Below, piece by piece: positions 9,101 to 19,400 of a stretch of DNA of 35,466 nucleotides. This DNA is from a virus (lineage: Duplodnaviria; Caudoviricetes): positions 1 to 35,466 of IMG/VR virus record IMGVR_UViG_3300044724_007630. One strand, given 5' to 3'. A program made the translations under genes and the position numbers. Each line of letters opens with the position of its first letter. Within the stretch, counting starts at the first letter, position 1. Below the pieces are notes generated by a model. It was given only the letters and a program-made list of their open reading frames with translations. It had not been told where the DNA came from and made no database searches.

Positions 9101-12100
9101 GAATTGCTTGAATAGAGTTGGTAGTAATCTCATTCGCTGTAATTTGATTTGCTGCAATCTTTTCCGCTGTGATAGCATTTGCAAAAATCTTATCAGTAGT
9201 AATACTTCCAGTAACTACTAGATCTCCGTCAATTACTTCTGCTTGTTGCTGCCAAGCCCCTCCATCATACGTCCATGCACTTTGACCAGTTTGATTTGCT
9301 TCTGTTCCTTCAAAAAATATTGCCTGATCACCAACTACAGGGCTTCCTGGGCGATTGGTCCAGTTTGTATCCCACGCAGTTTGAGCGGCTGCAGATGTTG
9401 TAGGTAAAGAAGTAACCGGAACTTGCCAACGTCCCGCTCCTCTCTTGCCTCGTGAATTTACAAAAAACTCAGCAGCGTATGAACCAGAAGATCCTTTTTG
9501 TACAACTGCAAGAATTGCGTCCTCTCCAAAATCTGGAGTTAGACTTTGTTTCATTGCATATGAGCCTGAAAAAGTACGAGTAGCACTTCTTTTTACATAT
9601 AAAAGAGTATTACTAATTACTTCTGCCACTTCAAAGTATTCGGTAGTAGCAACTTGAGTGCCTACAGTAGACCCTGCGGTAATTTTTATTAATGCTCCTT
9701 CGGAAAAATCGGAAGTAAATGTAGTGCTGCTTCCAGTTACTACTGTACCTCCGGCAGTAATAGATACAGTGCCAGAAGTTGAAGCTAGACCGTTATTTGC
9801 TACCCCTACTTCTTTAAAATAATTAAAATTAATAAGTAAACCAGCACTATCTTGAGCAACATTATCAGTGTGAACTTGAACAGCTTTCCAAGGGTCAGAA
9901 GGAGCAGCACTATGGTCGTAGTATAAATATGCCGTAGTATTGTTCGACATACTATTAAAAGACTGCTCTTTTTGTGCTGTTGTAGCTGAAGAAATTCCTA
10001 AAACATAAGAAGAAGGCGCAATATAGCTATAGTTTTCTTCTTCAAAAAGTAGTTTTCCATTTGTATAATCAAAGTCAAGACTAGTTGTAAGAGTGCCTCC
10101 TCTTGCTATTCTTGAAACTCGATTTAAGTTAGGTGGAGGCGAAACAAGAGTACGATTAACACTATTCCATTTTGATTTTGCACCCGAATCAGAAACTGTT
10201 CTTATTTTAACTTTATATTTTCCAGCAGTAATATTTGGAAGGCGTACACTATTTCTAGATGCAGGAACGACTACTTCAGATAAGCTATCAGGCAGGTTTC
10301 CTTTAATAAAATTATGCTGAATTTCAAAACGGTTCGCAAAACGGTAATCTCGAGAAGTTGTTGTCCCTCCTGTGTCTACAAAATCTTCAGTAGGGTTAGA
10401 CCAAGAAATTAATGCCTCAATGGATGTCTCTGCAGCATCAATTGCTGGAGAAGCGGCAGGAACTAATTCTACTGATATATTTTCTGGGTAAGGGATTTCT
10501 TTATCGCTATTAGAGGCTGTTGAATAGTCAGGAATAACTACCTTTCGATGAGAATCTACTCCATCATATTTATCAATTGCTATTTCTGTTGCGGAAATAT
10601 TATACTTCTCTCCCTGCCCTTCTTCTGCTATGCCAATAATTCGGAACTGACGAATATCAGTATTTGCATACTCTTCATCTGGTCCAATTGCCCAGATAAC
10701 ATCAGCATCCGGAGTCGAAGAAAAAGCAGAAGAAACAGTAATACTGTTCGTACTATTACCGTTAGCATTGGAAATATATCTTTTTTCTATTCTAGTATTT
10801 TTACTAAATTGAGCAGTTACAGCATTTCCGCTGTCATCTACTAAATTAGCTACTCCGGAGGCGGTAGTTATCGGATTTCCGTTAGTATCTGCAGTAATTA
10901 AACCACCTCTCTTATAAAGAACACCATTAATAGTAGCTTCCGCATTTTGAGCAAGATAAACACCAGGTTCTGGATATACTAAGTATAAAACATGAGAAGA
11001 GCCAGAACTATATCCTGTTAAACCTATTTCTCTATCAAGAATTACTACGGTTGTTGAAGTACCAGTATTGAGTCTACCGCTAGCAATAATGCTATCAGCA
11101 TAATGATCCTGTACATTTATAAAGTCTCCGGGCCTTAGAAAAGAGGCATTTATACCTGTTGCAAAGGTTAAAATTTCTGTCTCTTGAGTATCGGTAAGTA
11201 AATGCCACATACCTACTCTGCGTGCCTGTCCTTCAGAAGTACAGCCAAAAGCAACAACATCTTTTGATATAATTCTATCTTGAGAAAGAATATTAGGAGT
11301 ATCTTCTATAGTTAGTATGGTTTGTTTATAGTTTTCATCAGGATTTGACCAACTAACATTTATTTGATTAGTTCTAGCCTGCTGTCCTGTGTAGGCATAA
11401 TTAAACATTCCTTCTTCTACGTTACCATTTGTAAAAGTATAAACAGGTTCTTTTAAAGTATCCTGAACTGGCGTAAGTTGTCCGTCAATCCAATATAGCA
11501 TTCCACGAAATGAAGAAGCTAAATCTTTCAATACTTTATAAGCTTCTGTTTGTTTTTTAAAGTAAACATTACACGAAAAACGAGGTTCAGTACCACCTTT
11601 TCCATCCGGTACCAACTCGTCACAGTGTCTAGCGATTTGGTATAAAGCATACTTATCAATATCTGCTTCATCTATAAACTCGCCGAGGCCTATTTCTCTA
11701 TCTGTGAGTATATCGTAAAAAATCCAAGCAGGATTATTTGTGTATACTTTTGATTGATTTATTGCGGGAGTGTTAGACTCTAGATCTCCTCGAAAAGTAC
11801 CGTCCCAAGTAACGTAGGCGCTGGTATCTGCTCCAGTTGTTTTATTTCTGGTATATTTTGCTTGATTACTACCGGTCTCTTCTCGGGTGAAATAGTTTGT
11901 AGGTACTTTTACTTTTTTACCGCGAATGTGATAAGCCCTCTGGGGCGGAGTAGCAAAGTCTTCTGCTGTAAAACCAACTATCGCATATGCGGACAAAGGA
12001 AATCGTAGTTTCTCTTCAACTATAGCTTCTGCTGATTTTAAAATAGTTCTTCCAATAAATGTATGTTGATCCACTGTGTAATCAGCAGTACTATCAGGAG

Positions 12101-13517
12101 ACAACCTTTTTACACCAATTCTCCAGTCTTCTAGGGGTTGAAAAGGTGTTAAATCAATTTCAAATTCTTTAATAAACTTTACTTTTTGATTTGTTTCTTT
12201 TATTAAACCATTTGCTATGCCTGTTTGATTAGAAGAGTCTCTCGTTCCTCCTTCTGCATAAAGATTATTTGTTTGAGTTTTATATACGTTAGACCAAGAA
12301 GGAACAGACTGAGTAAAATCTGAACCCCCGTAATTTTTCCCCGCAATGAGTATTTTTGTATAATCTGACGCGTTTGCGTCTACTTTATATTCTAGTACTA
12401 TTTGAAATTCTGCATGTGCGATTCTATCCTTTCCTTCATCGGTAGTATTACTGAGTCCTCCTGGAAATTCTAAAGCAAGGACTACTCTATCCACTTCCTC
12501 TTTTGTATTCTGAGTAAAAGAAAAGGCACCGGCATTTACAAAATAAGTAGATTGACCAGAGGAAGGATCATTTGAAGTATGCCACTTTAAATCATGATTT
12601 GGTGAAATCATATACGAAGCAGATGCTTCCGTTCCCGGAATATCGTGAGAAGGTTGATATCTAGTTCCTGGGTAAACTACAGCTCCTGCATTTTCATAAT
12701 TCAATTTTGCAGCGCCAGTACTTGTTGTTTTAGTAGGTAAAGCTGGGCTTAGCTTAATTGCAGCCGAAGAGTTTGTAGTAGTTGGAGCCGTTTCAAGAAC
12801 GCAGGTATTAACATTAGTAATAGAACTAATCTTACTTACGTGATCTATTTTTACGTCGGTTCCGCTTGCTACTCCTGCACCTATTGGGGGGTAGATAAAA
12901 GCTGCATTATTAGTACCACTTCCATCACTCGCAACTCCCGTAATTATACCAATATACTCCCCTCCGTCTCCAGCTGCGCCTGGTATACGAATACTATAAG
13001 CTACAGGATCATAAATAGAGTTGGGAAGGTCAGTTGCTGTACCCGTAACTTTTCTTGTTTGTACTGATGAAAAAGTATTATTATCAGCTACAACAATACG
13101 TTGTTGATTTTCGTATATTGCTGCACTAAGAGTAGAGCTTTTTCCGGCTCCTTTAATTTGTACATATCGAGCATTGTTATTAAGATCCGAAGTAGAAAGT
13201 CCTGTAAATAAACCAGTATTATTTGAATCAACAACACTACTTAAAGTAGTTGAAGAATTGTTAGCACTGCAAGTTCCTTCTTTCGAAAGAAGAGCTAAAG
13301 ATTCTTCACTATCATCTATAAGAGCGGTATCGTTTAAATAGACTCCGGAAAGTCCTCCAACTAAACCCTCAATAGGCCCTGCGCAGAGAAGGTCATAAAT
13401 TATTCCTTTTTGTTTTTCATATAATCCGTGTCTTACACCAGTCCCACTAGTTCCATTGGCAGCATCTTGTGCTGCTCTTAAGGCGGCGTCGAGAGTTTCG
13501 TCAGTTATAACAGTCAT
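6168..13517 (-). CDS. Central tail tip/fibre protein, lambda gpJ-like (2449 aa)
   Basis: DLLCAGPIEGLV, GKKVKVPTNY, WDGTF, NNPAWIFYDILT, IARHCDELVPDGKGGTEPRF and AFGCTSEGQARR.G.W gpJ motifs; Fn3-like region, ITA(D/E)KI pentapeptide repeats and C-terminal IYD....RVKVG. Confidence 0.95.
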   Translation of the reverse strand: MTVITDETLDAALRAAQDAANGTSGTGVRHGLYEKQKGIIYDLLCAGPIEGLVGGLSGVYLNDTALIDDSEESLALLSKEGTCSANNSSTTLSSVVDSNNTGLFTGLSTSDLNNNARYVQIKGAGKSSTLSAAIYENQQRIVVADNNTFSSVQTRKVTGTATDLPNSIYDPVAYSIRIPGAAGDGGEYIGIITGVASDGSGTNNAAFIYPPIGAGVASGTDVKIDHVSKISSITNVNTCVLETAPTTTNSSAAIKLSPALPTKTTSTGAAKLNYENAGAVVYPGTRYQPSHDIPGTEASASYMISPNHDLKWHTSNDPSSGQSTYFVNAGAFSFTQNTKEEVDRVVLALEFPGGLSNTTDEGKDRIAHAEFQIVLEYKVDANASDYTKILIAGKNYGGSDFTQSVPSWSNVYKTQTNNLYAEGGTRDSSNQTGIANGLIKETNQKVKFIKEFEIDLTPFQPLEDWRIGVKRLSPDSTADYTVDQHTFIGRTILKSAEAIVEEKLRFPLSAYAIVGFTAEDFATPPQRAYHIRGKKVKVPTNYFTREETGSNQAKYTRNKTTGADTSAYVTWDGTFRGDLESNTPAINQSKVYTNNPAWIFYDILTDREIGLGEFIDEADIDKYALYQIARHCDELVPDGKGGTEPRFSCNVYFKKQTEAYKVLKDLASSFRGMLYWIDGQLTPVQDTLKEPVYTFTNGNVEEGMFNYAYTGQQARTNQINVSWSNPDENYKQTILTIEDTPNILSQDRIISKDVVAFGCTSEGQARRVGMWHLLTDTQETEILTFATGINASFLRPGDFINVQDHYADSIIASGRLNTGTSTTVVILDREIGLTGYSSGSSHVLYLVYPEPGVYLAQNAEATINGVLYKRGGLITADTNGNPITTASGVANLVDDSGNAVTAQFSKNTRIEKRYISNANGNSTNSITVSSAFSSTPDADVIWAIGPDEEYANTDIRQFRIIGIAEEGQGEKYNISATEIAIDKYDGVDSHRKVVIPDYSTASNSDKEIPYPENISVELVPAASPAIDAAETSIEALISWSNPTEDFVDTGGTTTSRDYRFANRFEIQHNFIKGNLPDSLSEVVVPASRNSVRLPNITAGKYKVKIRTVSDSGAKSKWNSVNRTLVSPPPNLNRVSRIARGGTLTTSLDFDYTNGKLLFEEENYSYIAPSSYVLGISSATTAQKEQSFNSMSNNTTAYLYYDHSAAPSDPWKAVQVHTDNVAQDSAGLLINFNYFKEVGVANNGLASTSGTVSITAGGTVVTGSSTTFTSDFSEGALIKITAGSTVGTQVATTEYFEVAEVISNTLLYVKRSATRTFSGSYAMKQSLTPDFGEDAILAVVQKGSSGSYAAEFFVNSRGKRGAGRWQVPVTSLPTTSAAAQTAWDTNWTNRPGSPVVGDQAIFFEGTEANQTGQSAWTYDGGAWQQQAEVIDGDLVVTGSITTDKIFANAITAEKIAANQITANEITTNSIQAIHVGADVINANHIAAGEITTAALAADAITADKIAAGAVTADSVAANSIVATLIDATTVSAADISTNTLSALSANLGNITAGTLKNSGANSIPDANSAPSGAEKGAHIDLTAGKFVFGSASKHILWDGTDLTLSGVVVDSSSTVNAPAGLGTIKEDGNTDGTNITSLNFTTGLNVAVSGSEATIHVDATTSSISEGSRLYFTNTRADARVNAVHPDTDALSEGSSNLYFTNARARSAMSGSDNGGLGSFSYNSSTGAYTYTGPSNSDIRGLFSHTDTGGDGSFSYNSSTGVFTYTGPSASEVRAHFAGGNGLTLSSGTFAVGQGDGISVAANSIAVDSSVVRTSGTQTINGNKTFGNNIVVSGNLTVSGTTTTINTETVNIADNIIVLNSNFTGSSPTENAGIEVERGTQANKTFVWKESNDRWSFGSESVEAATFYGSFIGSITGSPSSLAGLSTDDLAEGSSNLYFTNGRAQAAISAGDGLGKSGGTLFVNAGSGISVSSDQVNVSGVTTAMLAGSALQTSGESFSDSNSVLMTAAAIQDKILSYGYTTNTGDITGITIGAGSGLTGGGTDNSGAVNLTLNVGAGSGISVAADSVAVDSTVLRTTTSFGGDVSGTYGAIVVANDSHTHDSRYYTESEVNSLLGGKQNASTPLGYIDTATGNYGTIKVDDDRGVSWAGYAIRDDWVFMSNGAGAVGIYNDTDNEWALYAAQNGAVSIYHNGSSKIATSSTGATITGVLSATGGNSTNWNTAYGWGNHASQGYLTGNQTITLGGDVSGSGTTSITVTVANDSHTHDTRYYTESEVNTLLAGKQNTGSYLTGNQTITLSGDATGSGTTSIAVSLAANSVGASEIAANAVGASELNVSGNGSAGQALLSDGDGTFTWGSAGQTYTGSNGITLVNGTDFQLSNNATGDWFVNSLTADTIDACHITASTISARELTISANADSTANSMFFNNNGSIRIYDSNSTLRVKVGNLA
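6666..7238 (-). repeat. 78-bp direct repeat pair (6666-6743 and 7161-7238) inside J, encoding ANDSHTHD(S/T)RYYTESEVN.LL.GKQN
   Basis: Manual alignment shows 8 mismatches in 78 bp; offset 495 bp (165 codons, in frame). Confidence 0.9.
7689..8544 (-). repeat. Protein-level fibre repeats in J: three EGSx(x)LYFTNxRA and two GSFSYNSSTGx(Y/F)TYTGPS
   Basis: Visible in the translation; boundaries approximate. Confidence 0.85.
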
Positions 13518-13525
13518 AATTTATC

Positions 13526-14164
13526 CTACTTCATCTTGAAGCTAGTAGCTCCCGCTTTTGTTCCTGCATCTAAATTACCAATTCCGGCACCATTTCCTGC
13601 TGCACCCATACCTCTAAACGAGACTCCAATTGGGGCACCTCCTATTCTTAGCTCTCCATAACAGACTGGAACAGGATAACCTTGTTGTACTGTATTTACA
13701 GGGCCATTAAATAAATATCCTTCATTCTCTTTCGTATCTGTTTCTGGCCCAGGAGCAAGAAGCTGGCTAACTCCTTGTATGGCTAAACTTGTAGCTATTG
13801 AGGTTACTACCGTACCTATTGTACCTTCAAGGGCCAGACCTGCGGGACCTGCTACAACAAAGAGTACAATTGCTGCTAAAATTTTTGCGCCCGCAGATTT
13901 TGATCCTGCAGGTACTTCTGTTATGATTATATCTTCATCATAAACTTTAAGTAATAATTCTTCAGGATGCTCCAGAAAGTCTTTTCCTCTTTTTATTTCA
14001 TACCCTACACCGGCATCTGCCGCTTCGACTAAATGCTGACGAAAGCCCGGAGTTTGACATTCGATTAACTTAAAAATATCTCGAATATTTGTACAACTAG
14101 TCTCCCAGCTTTCTCCAAACTTTGATATATTACCTATTAATTTAACTTTTTGCATAACGTACAA
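13526..14164 (-). CDS. Tail tip assembly protein, lambda gpI-like
   Basis: VKLIG...KFG N-terminus, hydrophobic Gly/Ala core, YLFNGPVNTVQQG.PVPV.YG motif; lies between K and J. True start may be the second Met. Confidence 0.92.
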   Translation of the reverse strand: MYVMQKVKLIGNISKFGESWETSCTNIRDIFKLIECQTPGFRQHLVEAADAGVGYEIKRGKDFLEHPEELLLKVYDEDIIITEVPAGSKSAGAKILAAIVLFVVAGPAGLALEGTIGTVVTSIATSLAIQGVSQLLAPGPETDTKENEGYLFNGPVNTVQQGYPVPVCYGELRIGGAPIGVSFRGMGAAGNGAGIGNLDAGTKAGATSFKMK

Positions 14165-14840
14165 ATCTCGTTTTGTGTTTAATCCACAAGGGATGTAAGC
14201 TTTCTCTGCAGGATAATCTATTTACTGCATGGTGTAAAAAAATATCTTCTCCGAGATAAATTCCGCAATGGTTCTCTACATTGCAATATACTTGAAACAA
14301 AATTCCGTCTCCAATTTCAGGGTCTTCAACTTCTTCAAAGCCAAAATTTTCAAACAAGTCTCCAAAATAATCAAGACCCTGTTCCCACCAGTCATCTTCG
14401 AATTGTATTGTCGGTAAATTTATACTAAATTTTTGAAAATAATAATCTCTCACCAAACTGTAACAATCTGAAGTTCCAAAATTATAGTCTCGACCAAGTA
14501 GTTCATTATTTAATTTTTTAGGAATATACTCGTACTTTTCGAAGTTTGGTAAAGAATATATAATATAAGGTATTCCTAAAAAATTACTTGCTTTTTTATC
14601 TGCTTCGCTTGGTTCACAAGAAAAGTCTGGATGACTATGTACTATTGCGTAAATATCTCCCGTTAGTTGTGCGCGAAGATAGTCTTCTGAAGGAATTTGA
14701 AAGTCTTCTTTTGGATTCTCTGCTTGATTTTCACAAGGTATCCACTCTATTTTTCCTTTTTTATTTACTAGTAGTCCGCAACCTTCTTCAGGGTATTTCT
14801 CCATAAAATGTAAATAAATACTATCTTCTCTGTACAACAC
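14142..14840 (-). CDS. Tail tip assembly protein, lambda gpK-like (JAB/MPN + NlpC/P60)
   Basis: PEEGCG...HSHP....PSEAD JAB motif and DCYSL...HCGIY...LHH NlpC/P60 motif. GTG at 14840 has GGAGG 8 nt upstream, so it is preferred over ATG 14855. Confidence 0.93.
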   Translation of the reverse strand: MLYREDSIYLHFMEKYPEEGCGLLVNKKGKIEWIPCENQAENPKEDFQIPSEDYLRAQLTGDIYAIVHSHPDFSCEPSEADKKASNFLGIPYIIYSLPNFEKYEYIPKKLNNELLGRDYNFGTSDCYSLVRDYYFQKFSINLPTIQFEDDWWEQGLDYFGDLFENFGFEEVEDPEIGDGILFQVYCNVENHCGIYLGEDIFLHHAVNRLSCRESLHPLWIKHKTRFVRYAKS

Positions 14841-16041
14841 CGGGGTAGCCTCCATATGGCAGTGCTATTCTTGAATCTCTTGCTCTAATAAATCCCCCAT
14901 TTCCATCAGGAACTGCCTGGAACCTCATAGCACAAGAAGTTAAAGTCTTTCCACATATATCGCCTTGTGTCCATATGTCCCCTTCTTGAAGAGAGGTATT
15001 CCATGCAAGCGTTTGAGTATTTCTTTTTACTTTCCATAAAAAAGAGTTTTTTACAAAATAAGTATTATATCGTTTATCTTTGTATCCTTTTACAGTAATT
15101 GGTGAATCTCCATCCGCTGTCGGTACAGTAGGTTGTAAATAAACCCAAACCCTTCTCCAGCTTGCGCTTGTATCACTTGGAGCAGTACTTGTATTTGCTA
15201 AGCATTGCCAATAGTTTTTTACCCCACTTGCTGCGGCTAATATCCCGGGCCCTGTTATTTCTTGAAGATTTGATGCAGTAGTTGAATAATATGTTCCTGA
15301 TGTAAAAGAAGATAGTGAATCTGCGTCTGTAAAAGAAATAGTAGAGGGTAAAATATACTCATCTTCAGGGGACATATATAAAGTATATTCTGTTCCGGCA
15401 ACTGTAATCTTATTGTCTGCTCTCCAGTTACAGCCTCCTATTTTTTCTTTCTCAGGTCGAGAAGTATAGGCATTACTTGCGTATTTTTTAGCTCCTGCCG
15501 CAGTATATCTCCAAGGACAAGATCCACCAACTATAACTCTTCGTGGCAATTGAACTCCTGCTAAATCAAAAGGAGCTGCTAATTCAAATTCTACTTGTAG
15601 AACATTTTTTCCGCTTATTCTATCAATTACATAGGTTGTCTTAGGAAATTCAACAGGAGCATTTCCATTTCCAGTATCTCCAGATTCTCCTACTAAATAC
15701 TTTTTTAAAGTGGTTCTTCTAGTAATTCTTTGACCGATCAAATCTTCAAAGTCTAATCCCCCAATCGCTGACGAAAAAGTACTTTGTAGATTTGCTACAG
15801 TTAACTTAGGACGATTCATTGCTCCGTCTGAACTTATATCAAAATTTTCCGCCTCTATAGGTATAGCGATGTAAGTTCTTGCGACACCGCCGGAGTCTCG
15901 AAACTGCACTTGCGTTAAATCTGAGTCTAATCCATCAGAGAAAAAATACGCAAAACTTCCATCAGTATACTCTAAATCATAAAGTATAATAATAGAGGAG
16001 TCGACTCCCTGGCTTTGTACATCTTCAACAATTGCTGTCAT
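14821..16041 (-). CDS. Minor tail protein, lambda gpL-like
   Basis: NRPKLTVAN, RRTTLKKYL, YVIDR, FELAAPFDL.GVQLPRR; four conserved Cys (CPWRY, GCNW, DICGK...SC..RF) and GGYPG C-terminus. Confidence 0.93.
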   Translation of the reverse strand: MTAIVEDVQSQGVDSSIIILYDLEYTDGSFAYFFSDGLDSDLTQVQFRDSGGVARTYIAIPIEAENFDISSDGAMNRPKLTVANLQSTFSSAIGGLDFEDLIGQRITRRTTLKKYLVGESGDTGNGNAPVEFPKTTYVIDRISGKNVLQVEFELAAPFDLAGVQLPRRVIVGGSCPWRYTAAGAKKYASNAYTSRPEKEKIGGCNWRADNKITVAGTEYTLYMSPEDEYILPSTISFTDADSLSSFTSGTYYSTTASNLQEITGPGILAAASGVKNYWQCLANTSTAPSDTSASWRRVWVYLQPTVPTADGDSPITVKGYKDKRYNTYFVKNSFLWKVKRNTQTLAWNTSLQEGDIWTQGDICGKTLTSCAMRFQAVPDGNGGFIRARDSRIALPYGGYPGVVQRR

Positions 16042-16454
16042 GATTCATATACTCTTCTAAAGGTAGCTGTTAAAGAAAAATGACTTCCATTTGTGTATGT
16101 TTCATTTACGCTTTCACAAACTACTTTTATTGTTTTTTCATTATCAGTAGTACTATCTAGTACTCCGGTCGTTTCTTCTGTTGTCGCATTATCGGGCACA
16201 GTAAAATTAAACGCAGTTACTCCATTTAAGCTAGTTAAATAGCCTGCAATATTATCGGCCTCTTCCTTTGTTCTGTTCTTAAAGTTTACCGTATACGTTT
16301 CATCTATATTATTTATTCCCTTTGTTGATCTTTGCTCGTAGCCATCGCCAAATTTTATTTTTCTTACTTTTGGTTTTGCACTTCGAGTCATTCCACGATC
16401 AGGAAGAATAGTAAGACTTCCATAAGCTGAAGTTGTAGTAAATCCTAATGCCAT
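16038..16454 (-). CDS. Distal tail protein, lambda gpM-like
   Basis: PKVRKIKFGDGYEQR...GIN...VVC...TATFRRV signature. Confidence 0.93.
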   Translation of the reverse strand: MALGFTTTSAYGSLTILPDRGMTRSAKPKVRKIKFGDGYEQRSTKGINNIDETYTVNFKNRTKEEADNIAGYLTSLNGVTAFNFTVPDNATTEETTGVLDSTTDNEKTIKVVCESVNETYTNGSHFSLTATFRRVYES

Positions 16455-19400
16455 TATGCTGCTCCAAACGGACTGAGTATTCCGCCAGGTCTCTTTTGTT
16501 TTTGTAACTCGTCTTGGACGGCTTGTGCAAGAAGCTTTCCTAACTCTCCGCCTCTCTGATCATCTGATTGAGACTCAGTTTCTGCGTTTCCATCATTTGA
16601 CATATTTACACTGATTGAAACATTATTAGTATTTGCTGCGCCACCGCTCTTCATCTCTACCGGAATCTTTCCGCCGCTTGGAAGAGGAACCACAGCTTCT
16701 GTACCATGAAGAATTGCTGGGTATCCTGCATTTCTTCCGCGAGCGATTCCTCCGGTTGCGTACCCTTTCATAATACCACCATAGCGAGCAGGAGCAAATA
16801 TATTTAGTAAGGCACTAAGAAAGCCTCCACCGCCTCCAGCTCCTCCGAAAAGACTTCCTAGAAGGTCAGGAAGTCCTTTAAACAAAGAACTAAGACCTTC
16901 GCCGAAACTTCCAAATACATTTCCCATTTTTTCTAGAAAACCTCCATCAGCGTTCTTATCGAATACATCCGCAAAATCACTAATAAAATTACTAAACATG
17001 CCCCCTGTTCGTACTCCTCTATCTTGAGTATTTCCTACTATTACATCGTTTCCTTCTTGGTTAAGTGTCCTTCCGCCTTGTTTTGTCCCAAGAAGCATTT
17101 CCCAAAAACCTTTTCTAGGCTCGCCTCCGCTCGAGAGAGGGGTTAGTGGAGTAGTGGGTCCCCCACTTGGCACAGTTGGAGGAGTGCCTGTACCCGGAGG
17201 AATAGTAGAACCCGAAGGAGTAGTAGCAGTCCCTCCCGAAGCCGCAATAATTCTAGCGGCTATAATATTTGCTCCTTGTGTTGCTCCTGCTACAATTCCT
17301 GTACTTATTGTTGAAGCGCCCGTAGTTGTAGAAGTAAGTATAGCTGCTGCCATTTTTTCATCAGGATCTTTAGCTCCCGTTATTGCTTTCATTATTCTTT
17401 TTGTCATACTTTCAGCTAAAAAATCTGCTACAGAGTCTAGCACACCTTTAGCAAGTTTTAATAAAGAATCTTTAAAACTACTTTCAGTTCCTTTTATAAG
17501 AGCTGCAAGGCCGGATTTAAGATTATTCTCCAACGATTGCATAGCTACTTCTTTCATTTGTTGAGAAACACTTAACTGGTTTCTCATCTCTTCTGTCTGA
17601 TCCCTTAATAGCTGAAGATTTTGAGTTTGAAGCATTATCTCTCTGCCTCTTGCATCTACAGTTTTTAACATTTCTTGGCCACGGGTTTTTTCCAGCTCGT
17701 TTCCCTTTTCTATTAACTGTAAAGCGGCTGCCCTGTCTTTTGCGGCTAGTTTTTGAGCACGAAGTATACTTTGTTCTGTTTTAAAAATCTTTATTTCATT
17801 TTTACCAATTGCTACTTTATCTTTTATCTCATCCTTAATTAATTTAGTTTTACCTTTTGATAAGTTAAAAGCTGTTCTATCTAAAGCTACAGAAGCCGAG
17901 TTTGAAAGAGTTTCAATTTCAGCTAGGCTTTGATAAAATGTCATTAACTCTTTTATTACTTTTAGTCGTTTTTCTTCTGCTTCTGTCTTTTCTCCATTTG
18001 CTTTTGCAGTTGTTTCAATTAAAAATTGTTCCTGAGATAACTTATCAAGAAAAGTATCATACTCATTTAAAGGAAGCAACTTAGTATATAGTTGTTGTGC
18101 AGTTCTAGCATTTTCTTGCTGTAATCTTGTTAACTCAGATATATTTGCACTTAGTGATTGAATTGCGTCTCTTTGCTCAAAAATATCTTTAATACTAACA
18201 TCTTGTCCTTTTTCTAATTGTGTTAGTAGTTGTAAATAAGCTTGTACTGCGGCATTATTTTTAAATCGAGCATTTGTACTTTCGTCTATTATTTTCTTTT
18301 CATCAAACAGCACTTTTACTGCATCTGATAATTTTGAAGTTCCTACGTCTTGTTGGTCAATAAAGTCTGAAAAGCTTTTTCCAGCATTTACGCTGGATGC
18401 TATTAATTTTTCGAGTGTATCTCCGTAAGTTTTTCCCGCAGTAGCGGCATTTAAGGCAGCTGCTTCTGCACCTCCATACCCTTGCTGAGATTCCTTAATC
18501 GCGAGTTGAGCAACATCTAATTTATCCGCTAGCTCTAGAGTTAAGTCACTTTGTTCTTGAATATAATTATTATACTCGTCTTGAAGAGTTGTTAGCTGTT
18601 TTAACTGAATAACACTTCCAAGGTAGCTCGTACTTATATTTCCTAATTTTTTTCCATATGCTTCTAAATACCTGTTTCCTAAATCATGACTGTCATTAAG
18701 AATATTTTGTACTTGAATAAACTCTTCGGTTTCTCCTAATAAATTTGTAATCTTATCGGCCATATAGTCAAAGGAATCTGCAGTTTCTGCTGCTGCATCT
18801 TTAGTTTTAAAGAAAGAGTACACCAATGTTCCTAATGTTGCAATTAGTGAAAGCCAACTAACTGCACTTAAAGCCAATGTTATAGCTCTACCCGCTGCTA
18901 CAAATGCTTTTGCTATTCCTGCGGCTGCGGCTTTTGCAGCAACTTCCATACCTTTAAAAGCTACTTGTGCATTTAACTTAGTTTTTTGCCACATTCTAGA
19001 AACTGCAGTGGAAGTGGTTTGATTAATTTGACGAATCTTTGCCATAGTTACTTGAAGATCTGCAACTTGGCCTTTGTTTAGATTTCTATAGTTTCCTCTT
19101 TGCTGTCTTATACTTCTCTGTAGCTGTTTTAATTCGTTTTCTTCTACTGTCTTACCTTGAGCAATTCTTGCAACTATAGAGTTATTTCTAAGCTTTGCTT
19201 TTTGTTGAAGAGTTCTTGCTTCTGCTTGTACCTCTTTCTGTAGTTGAGCAGGGTCAATTAATCCCTCTTTTTGTTTTTTTATGTTATCACTGAATTCTTT
19301 ATTTGCTTTTGAAGCATCCTCAAACGAGGTCTTTGCAGTTTTAGAAAAATCTTTTAATCTATCTTGAAAAGCTCCCACTCCTGGCATTGCTGCATTTACA

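Noticed and set aside
14142-14855. JAB domain as a CBASS/ubiquitin-like defence or anti-defence component
   Set aside because: It is fused to NlpC/P60 and lies between L and I, the standard gpK arrangement.
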